Of a stretch of DNA of 64,000 bases, positions 24,001 to 33,000 are shown one piece after another. The notes beneath the pieces are model-generated. The model ran no database searches, was not told the DNA's origin, and saw only the letters and a program-made list of their open reading frames with translations. Both the position numbers and the translations under genes were made by a program. The DNA is taken from contig CAJINV010000006.1 of NCBI GenBank assembly GCA_905178155.1, positions 2,830,658 to 2,894,657 on the forward strand. The letters run 5' to 3'. Each line of letters begins with the position of its first letter. Within the stretch, counting starts at the first letter, position 1. Origin of the DNA: Amoebophrya sp. A120. Its lineage: Eukaryota; Protista; Dinoflagellata.

Positions 24001-27000
24001 TAACACGAAAAGCCACGGATTTTAGCAGTAGTCAGTCAGTCAGTCAAGGTGTGGGAAGCTATACAAGATAGAAGATTGTGCTTATGGTTAGAGGGCTACC
24101 AATGGAATGGAAAGAGCAGAATTGAAAATAGCAGCCCCAAGCTCCCGCTGTACTCCCTAGCATACAGAAAAAACTTTTGCAAAGAGTTTGGGGCTATTTC
24201 AATTCTCGAGTATCTGTTTTCAGAAGAAGGACTGAAAACAAAAGGCATGAGAAAATTTCTGCTGCTAAATGATAACGAAGCAGGTTTTGATGTGGTTTCA
24301 CATGAGAAATTGCTGGAGACAATGCATGAGTTAGAAGTGCCGGAGGACATAGCGGCAGCCACAGTGCAGTGGCTGAGTTACCGAACAGTTAGAATAAAAA
24401 CAGGGAACAGGTACTGGTATCTATCTCCGGGGATGCCGCAAGGCAGCCCCTACTCAGGGGGCTGCTTTAATGTACACAACACGCCACTAATTCAAACTAT
24501 GGCGCAGCTGAATGAAGACGGCACACAGACGCAGTTTTCGGATGACAACAGCCAATGCGGAACCGGTGACATGGAAGCAGTGACAAAACTCAAAAAGGAT
24601 CTGGTGCGAACGGGCAGAAAGAAGTTCATATTTTTTGAAGAGACAAAGTCTGAAGCTGTTTTCTATGATGTTGGGGTGGATAAGAAGGTAGAAGTGAGCG
24701 AAGCAAGTAGGTCCTTGGGGTTTTTCTATGATGGCACATGGGATTTCTCCTCCCACTATGAAATCATGCGAAAGAAGATGATCCAGGAGAACACAAGCGT
24801 AGCACGATTGAAAAACTTAAGACTCACCGCAAAAATCGACACCTATGTCTCGATAGTATACAGCGCGATACTATCGAATAGCATCCCGTTTTTTCACTAT
24901 TTCAAAAAGCAGAACAAGCTGCAGATCAAGAAAGACACTGCGAAATTCCTGAAGGGGCATGCTATGCTACCCAAACAAACGCCAAACACGATTTTGCATC
25001 ATTGTGCAGGAATTCCGGACATTCACACGCTCTTCGTAGTAGAAAACTTGATGCTCTTCTACAAAGGCGCGCAGTTGAAGCTATGGCCACGACAAAAAGA
25101 GCCATGCGAAGAGGTCAAGGCTATGTTCAGGCAGACAGATAGCAGCGACCCAGCAAAATTCTTACTAGGCATGGACAAAAAGCATGCAACGTGGACAGAT
25201 ACCATTCGGCACATGGCAAAAACGGGCTTTCCTGATGTGCGTAGTCATTTTGGTCATGAGAGACTGTATATCGGCAAGATTTTTTGGCGGGGCGTAAATC
25301 TAGATGCGAAGTCCATGGACAGGGTTGGGACGGATATGGGCCTGGGGAAGCTGTCAGGTAAGCAGGGAAAAGAGCTGGACGAGGCACGGGGAAAGGTAGC
25401 ACGGGCGCACAACGCACTAGTGCGGGGGCTAATACGGAAGTCCCAGGGGAATCTTGTCACGGCAACGGATGGACTGGTGGACAAAGAAAGAAATTTAGGA
25501 GTGGGGGCGGGGGCAAGTTGGTGGTGGGAGCCGGTTGGTGATGATGGGACGGGGAAGCTTCGGGCAGAAGTGGGGGAGGACGAGTTACCAGATCCGATTT
25601 GGATCTCAGGAGCATATATACACTCACCGCTGAGTGATATTCCAACGGATTCTTTTGATGCAGAGTGCATAGGGCTAATGCAGCAGCTTGAAAAGATAGA
25701 ACGCCAAATCCTAACACACCCGCACTTGAGTAAAATGCTGAGGAACTTCTATTTTTTCTTAGATAGCAACTCCATAGTGCAGGCACTGGAGTGCTACAAC
25801 GACGGTAGTAATGAGATGATCCACAAAATTATGAAGCAGATGGAAAAACTAAAAGACGCATGCATTGGGGAGGGGCCGAACGAGGAGGAAGAGGTATGGT
25901 TTCACTTCCGTTGGACACCCGGACACGCGGGGCAGCTGGCGAACGATTGTGCGGACCTCCTAACGAATATCTACAAAGAAATGTGGAAAGACGGGCACCA
26001 GGACTTTTCGGACACAGCGGCGCGGCCGATCTACAAAAAAATGATCACTGCGCCGATCCTGCGGCGGCTTTTCCTGAAAAGGATCCTCGCGCAGAACATG
26101 GAAAATTGCCAATCCCCCTCGGAGTACTTGCGCGAGCGCGCGAAGTCTTTGGGGGGGTTCCGGCCGCCCGTGGGTGTCTTCCCGATACGCGAGGCGGAGT
26201 TGGTCTACTTCTGGGTGTGGTTGGGAATCGCCCCCCAGCCACACTTGGGGTGTGAGGAAATCGTTTACGAGGGAGGGAAAATGAAACAAAGGTGCAAAAT
26301 GTGCAACAGGCTGTGCGACTGCGCAGTTGATCACGCCCTGTTTGAGTGCAGGAATGTAGAGGCGCCGCGCGCGCGCCATTTTGGCTTTAAGTTTTGCGCG
26401 CCCACCTTGGGGAGGGAACTGCTTCAAAATCCCAGAAAGATCTTGAAGTTCATAATAGACGAAGCGACAAATTTGACACATGAATATTTCCGAGACAGAA
26501 TAGGTAGCTGCATCGAGCAAGTCGGGACGAAAATGGAAAAGGAAGTAAAAAAGCATGAAAAGCTACCAAATTCATATGTGAAGGCATGCAGCATGAGCAA
26601 GGCAAGAGTTTTTACAGATGAGATACCACTGAAATACTTACACTGACACTAGAGCAATCTCATGAATCACAAAAACAAAAACTCACAGGTTTAAATATAC
26701 GAAAAACATGTTTTTTTTCTTCTCCTTCATTAAGCAGTACATGTAAAAAGCAACGGAATATAACGAAAATCAAGCTGGCGCACGGAGCCGAGGAGAAAAC
26801 AGAACGCGGGAAAATAGAAGTTGCCAGGTACTAACTATGAGCTTTTTGATAAATAGAAATATGAAAAATACATAAATACTTAGGAAGAGTAGATGTTGAA
26901 GAACGTGCAGGAAGGAATTCACGCGCTCGACCACACTAAGCGGCTATCTTCTCTTAGAAAGTAGGGCGGCAGGCTCCATTTTTCTGACACTTTGTTCGCG

Positions 27001-30000
27001 CGCCCAGCACGCCTTGTCCCCCTGCTACGAGGCGTTTTGGGCTTCGACGTTAGACCGAAGCGTACAGATATTGAATCAAAATTCTGTTTCTTGTACGGGC
27101 AGCCTGGTTCACACCTGACTCCAGTCCCAAGAGAGAAAGGTAGTCGGGACGGCGGGTGGCAGGCTTCGTTTACCTGGTACTTTGTTCGAGCGCCCTGCAC
27201 GCCTGGTCCCGCTGCTACGAGGCTTTTTCAGCTACGACTTTAGACTGAAAAGTACAGACTTTGGCGAAAAAGTCTGTCTCTTGTGTGGGCCGCCTGGTTC
27301 GCGCCTGTATCTAGTTCCAAGTGTGAAAGGTAGTCGGAACGGAAGATCCGACGCCGACCTGCTTTCTCCCCAGGGTGGGGTGAAGGGAGGCCCGCGACAA
27401 CCTCAACGGCGAGAAGTACGTGCACGCAGCCCACGCAGCGCCGACGCTGGCGCCCCCAGCCTATCTCGAGCACGATGAGCACGGAAGACGCGACCGGGGC
27501 CTACCCGCCGCGCGCGAATCTCCCGCTACCACACGGGAGGGTCGCCGGCATGGACGACCGCCCAATTCGCCTGGTGCCCACAGAGCCCTGCAGGGCTGGG
27601 CGCGCCCTGGTACGCTCCTCTCGCGGCACAAGCTCCGGCGCCACCATGCCGCGCCGCGCGACGTAGCTGTCGGGGGCTTCTAACAGCTATCACGCGATCG
27701 AGTTACTGCTTCGGAAATCGAGGCCACAACAAAAGACAACGACACTGACAGTGCGAGACTCCCGCACTAATGTGATTTACTACTTATTTAAATATCATGC
27801 GTGAACACCTCTACTTCAGCATCAAAATGAAAATTGAAAATGAATGCAAAAATCTCCTCCAGGTCCCTAACAGACGAGCGCAGCCCGCATGAGAAAACAG
27901 TAACTGGCTTCCCCTTCGACAGTCAGATCTTGGCGACTTCGAGGCTTACGGCTGACACCCTAGAATAATTTGTACCAAACAGCCACGTAGCTTAAACTTG
28001 TACTTAGTAGGCATCGTCGTTGCTGAGTCCCCTGACGCAAAGAAGCAAGAAAATACTGTTTAAGACCTGGCGTCTCTGTTGACCCTTTCTCCTCGGCTTC
28101 GTTTACGCAAAACAGCAATCGCATCGCGCAGTCGTAAAAACTCGTAAGCCATCGCACTGCTTTCGTTCTTCGTGAGTTGTTCTTGTTTTCACTTGGAAGA
28201 AAAATCAAAAAACACAAGCAGGGACAGGCTGAGAAAAGGAATAGAGTGGTAGGAGTAGAAGTTCTACATACTTGCGCATAGACAGATAGAGGAGATGGAA
28301 AATGATGAGTAATGATGTCTACCTTGGTTGTTATTTGTCTCTCGACATGCTGTTAAAGTTAAATGATCTGAGTAGTACTAGTTGTATAATTTTCTCCCAG
28401 CTGTAAGTCGTGTTAAGAAAATTCATTTTAGTAATCACTGGAAATTGAATAAAACAAAACGAATAGCATCTTGGCGTCTTGTGCTTTTCTTCCGTTATAT
28501 TGCTTGCTGCTAGCAGAAGAGGATGAGGATGCAGAGGGGATGGAGAACTGGCAGGAACAATTGGTGAGAGCACGAAATGGAAATGCCAGCTCCAGCATCG
28601 ACATTGGATATAACCAGCGTGAAGGAAACGGAAACTGCAGCTGCGACGTATCAAATAAAGGTAGGGCCAAAGGCCACGGGAACGCCAAACATAGCCGCGC
28701 TCTTCTTCGTGAAACGCCCACCGCTACTGGCGCGGTGGATATAAAAGAAAAATCAAAAGAAAAATCACGAGAAAAAGAAAAATCAAAAGAAAAATCAAAA
28801 GAAAAATCAAAAGAAAATCAAAAGAAAACCAAAAAAAAATCAAAAGAAAATCCAAAGAAAATCCACGCGCTAGAAGCCTAGAAAAAAAAAAAAAAAATAC
28901 GCATTACAAGTTGCATTCTTCCAGACCCAGACATTTTTGCATTTGATAGGGTTGAAGATGGGCTACGTGATCCGGTTCATCCGGTTTTTCCAATCCCTAT
29001 CGTGAGAAAAAAGTGTTTCACTGTAAGGATTTTGCAAGTTTTGCATTACAAATTCGCTCTACCCATGCGAGGATCCGAAGGGAAAACACCGCTGAAAATC
29101 ACTTGTCTTGCATGTGTAGCAAGACAAACACTTCAGTGATGCATTTTCTGCATTACAGGTCTAGTACACGTGAAACAGTTTTTTCTTGCGATACTCCCGG
29201 GAGATGTTCTACTACTTTCCGCTACTGGACTATCCAAGAAAAAAACTGTGTTTAGTGTAACTCGGTGATGCCGAACATGCAACAGAGTTAGTACAGTTGT
29301 CATGCCGGATTATATCCATCAGAGCCCCCTCTCTGCATGCGTGATTTCACGTACTAGATGCGCATGCCAAGTTTTTTCTGTCATGCGACAGCACAAATGT
29401 GTGATGCTGCAGCTGCTCCCCCAACAGAGCTCCACTAATAAAACACAGTTTTTTTCTTGGATATGGATCGCAAGGCGAAAAAAACCTTCTTCATCCGGAA
29501 GTTATCCTGTGGAAAAACGTCCCCACCCCATAGTTGTCATGCAAATCCGCCATGACAGAAAGATTTGTAAATGCCCATCTCGTCCATGACAGGCATTTTC
29601 AATCGTGTTTTGGCATTTGTAATGCTGTGAACAGGATGAGAAAGTGGCTTTCTCATGCGGCTTCCCTTGCTAACCAGCACTATGCAGATGGAATCTTGTC
29701 ATGCGCAATTCCTAAAACTTGGAGACTTGTGTTGCAGATTTACCAACTTGACTATGGGGTGGGGACGTTTTTGCTCAGGATAGAAATCTAGCAAAATTCT
29801 GTCCACACTGGGGTGGTGCATGATGCTGATCCTGCTCTTCGTGAACGTGATGAGCATCTTTTATACGAGCATGATCAAAAAGGAGCACGAGGTAATGTAC
29901 ACAGCGATGAAGACGACGGGCTACATATGCACTGCAAATAAGTATCGTACTAGTACTAGAAATCGCATGACAAATTTTCTCAGCATGAGAAATGAAATGT

Positions 30001-33000
30001 GTAATGCGGATTTAACTTGACAAAAAAAATTGTAATGCATAAATGCGATTAGTACGAGAACGAGTACGATAGTACTTTTGCAATTCATACTACAGATACC
30101 GCGACTATTGGGGCGTGTCTATCCGGTCGTTCGGATCTTTGTTTCAGATTGTCGTCTTCGATAAGGGTGTCTTCGCGGGCATAATCCGGCCAATGATAGA
30201 ACGCGTGCCGTTCCTGCTCTACCCCTTTTTCTTTGTGTACATGATCGGAACACTGGGACTGATCCAAGTCTTGGCAGGAAGCATCGTCGCTCTGGCGGTG
30301 TATGGCTTGGACACCGCGAAAAAGGTACTTTCCATTTCGACTAGTTGCCAAGTGCTTAGCTACGACCTGCTGTTCATTTTTTGTTATGCGCGCCCCTGCA
30401 TGCGAAAAGGAAAACGCAATACTGATGCGTGACTAGTAGTAGCAGGATCACGTTGACGTTGCGGCCGCTGTGCACGAGATGAAAAATTGTTCTAGGTCGC
30501 CTACGAGAGCGATTTGAAAGTCAGGCAGACGGAGATTATGGCCCTGCAGGAACCGATATGAGAGGACACAACGAGGGCCTCTTGGTCTTGTTCCTTCATT
30601 TAAAATAGGGCATGAACCGCATTACGGAAGTACTTAGTGCCGGCGAACCTGGAGCATGATGTGCATCATGATGACAAGTTCTAATATAGTACCACGCCAC
30701 GTGTAGAAGTATTGTTTCCGCAACATCATCCGGAATGTGTGATGCAGATTATGTCAAAGGAGACAGAGCAACCGCAGTTGGCTTTTTTATATGACAATAT
30801 TAAATGAGGGAAAAATAATAACCACGAGTTGTGCTGCGCTGTCATAACCGATTAAGGAGCGGATTGTGCACGACCATGAACATATCCAAGAAAGAAACTA
30901 TGTGAGTGCAAATCTGTGATGCAGAAAATGCAAAACTGTTATACGATTGTCATGCTGGATATAGTGCGCCGTCATAGGCCACTTTCAGACGTGTTTATTC
31001 CACTGATACTAGCTGCGCATGACAGGTTTATTTCTCTGTAATGCGAAGCGAGTTTGTGGTGCCGCTCTTCCTACGAAATTTGTTACACATACACAGCTCC
31101 TTTTTTCTTGGATAGAGCACTTCTATGCGAAATCGCATTTACTCCAAAACTATGAACTGCAAAAGTATCGCACTTGCATAAATGCATTACAAATTTCCTC
31201 AGCATGGGAAATAATGAGAAATAAAATTTGTAATGCGGATTTACCTTAAGAAAAAGACTTGTAATGCATGACTGCGATTACTACGACTACGATACTTTTG
31301 CACAGGATAAAAACTACCTTCTGACCGACCCGCAGAGCCTCGAGGTGTTATCAAATGCAAAAGTGTCTGGGTCTGGAAGAATGCGCGATTTGTCATGCAA
31401 CTTTTCCATGACCCACGAGGTCTGGAATGCAGGACCTAGCATGACAGATTCTGTGCTATCTCTCTCATGCTTATCCTGCATGAGAAACTCCCGCCCGACT
31501 TGGTCAAAACTGGACGACTTTTGGTACTCATGCAACACAGATTTTTGCATGCTTCAGATTTAGCATGACAAGTTGCATTCTTCCAGACCCAGACATTTTT
31601 ACATTTGATAGGTGTTTGAGAAGTGCAAGTTAGAAATGGAGGAGGTGATTTATGACCTGCTCAAACGTTACAATCTCAAACGTTAGAATCTGGGACTTGA
31701 TGTCTTGCATAATGAGCATGACAGACTCGCAGAGCGTTCTACTTTCTGCAATACAAACTTCGCCAGACTCTAGTCAGGTTTTGGACTCCGGAACTTGTCA
31801 TGCGCAATCGTTTGGGAGTAGGTTTTTAGATCATGCACTTCTTGCATCACAGATTGTGACGTTTGAGATTGTAACACCTGAGCAGGTTACATGATTGAAT
31901 TGGTGCAGATGCTGGACAGGCTGGGGAACGGGGATGTATTATCCTGAGCAAAAACATCCCCACCCCATAGTCAAGATGGGAAATCTGCTACACAAATCAG
32001 CCAGCTTTGGTTGTTGCGCATGACAGGTCTGGCCTCGTCGTGTGATCCTGTTTTAGGTTGGTCAGAAGCATCACAGATCTAGCCTATAATGCTGATTATA
32101 GCATCACAAATTCCAAAACACGCCTGGACAATGCTTCTCATGGGTCTCCGCATGAGAAACATGTTGGGCATGCGCATTTGCATGACAACTATCACTATGG
32201 GGTGGGGGCGTTTTTACATAGGATATGTATCGGTGCAGGAGTTTCTCGGGGCGTGTAGCAGGCTGCACGGCGACGTGCACAGCAAGGACGTTATCAACTG
32301 TAAAAATGTCTGGGTCTGGAAGAATGCAACTTGTAATGCGTATTTCAGAACACAGAAAAGTCTCTCATGCATACGTGGCAAAAGCTGCCCACTTTCTGTC
32401 AGCAAAATAGGGGACTTGTCATGCGGATTCGGCATGGCGGAAGCTTCTCGAAACCTGTGATGCTAGAGCTTCCATGCCAGACCTTCTGTGTCATGCAAAA
32501 ACAGCATGACTCTTCCAGACCCAGACACTTTTGCATTTGATAGACGTTTACACGGTACAGCACGTCCGATAGTTTCTCATGTACATCCTCATGTACATCT
32601 TCAAATATGATATCTTTATAACATAGTTTGTACTCTTGCACGTTGTATAAAGCATAAGTGACAATAGTTGTACATGATCCTGCATGTAGAAGTTGTATTG
32701 CATGCAATAACCCTACTACATAAACAGCTTGTCCTTGCCTGCGACCGTCTGTCGAATCAGCAAGACAGGCTAGCTATGCATTGCAACAAATGATATGTCT
32801 GGGTCTGGCAACGAGGAAGATGCTTGTCTTGCATTCCAGCAAAATCTTCTGTGTTGAATGACCAGCAAAAGCGGTGCCTTTTTTCTCATGCAAAAACGCA
32901 CGTCGTGTTTGTCTTGCAATGCGCACTACGAGAAACAGAAAGCGCGATAAACGTTTGCTATGCTTGGCAGCACTTGGAACAAGTGGTGCAATCATCCCGA

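Larger units (their letters stand above)
17580..24045 (+). mobile_element. Non-LTR retrotransposon B (RTE-like APE-RT, two ORFs) nested in the RT of LINE A
   Basis: 12-bp TSD aaggtgtgggaa at 17568-17579 and 24046-24057; 3' (AGTC)n tail; both ORFs intact. Confidence 0.93.
14012..28894 (+). mobile_element. Non-LTR retrotransposon A (APE endonuclease-RT-RNase H, I/ingi-like architecture), apparently full length
   Basis: 22-bp TSD aaatacgcattacaagttgcat at 13990-14011 and 28895-28916; poly-A run from 28882; a single long ORF split by element B. Confidence 0.92.
13793..28948. mobile_element. Introner expanded to 15.2 kb by nested LINE insertions
   Basis: Left TIR at 13793, right TIR ending 28948, TSD gggtt on both sides. 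Exons join as YFGG|LKMGYVIRF. Uninterrupted sibling at 32292-32542 (inverted). Confidence 0.92.

Noticed and set aside
28471-28881. Lys-rich 136-aa ORF
   Set aside because: Arises largely from the A-rich tandem array at the LINE A 3' end.
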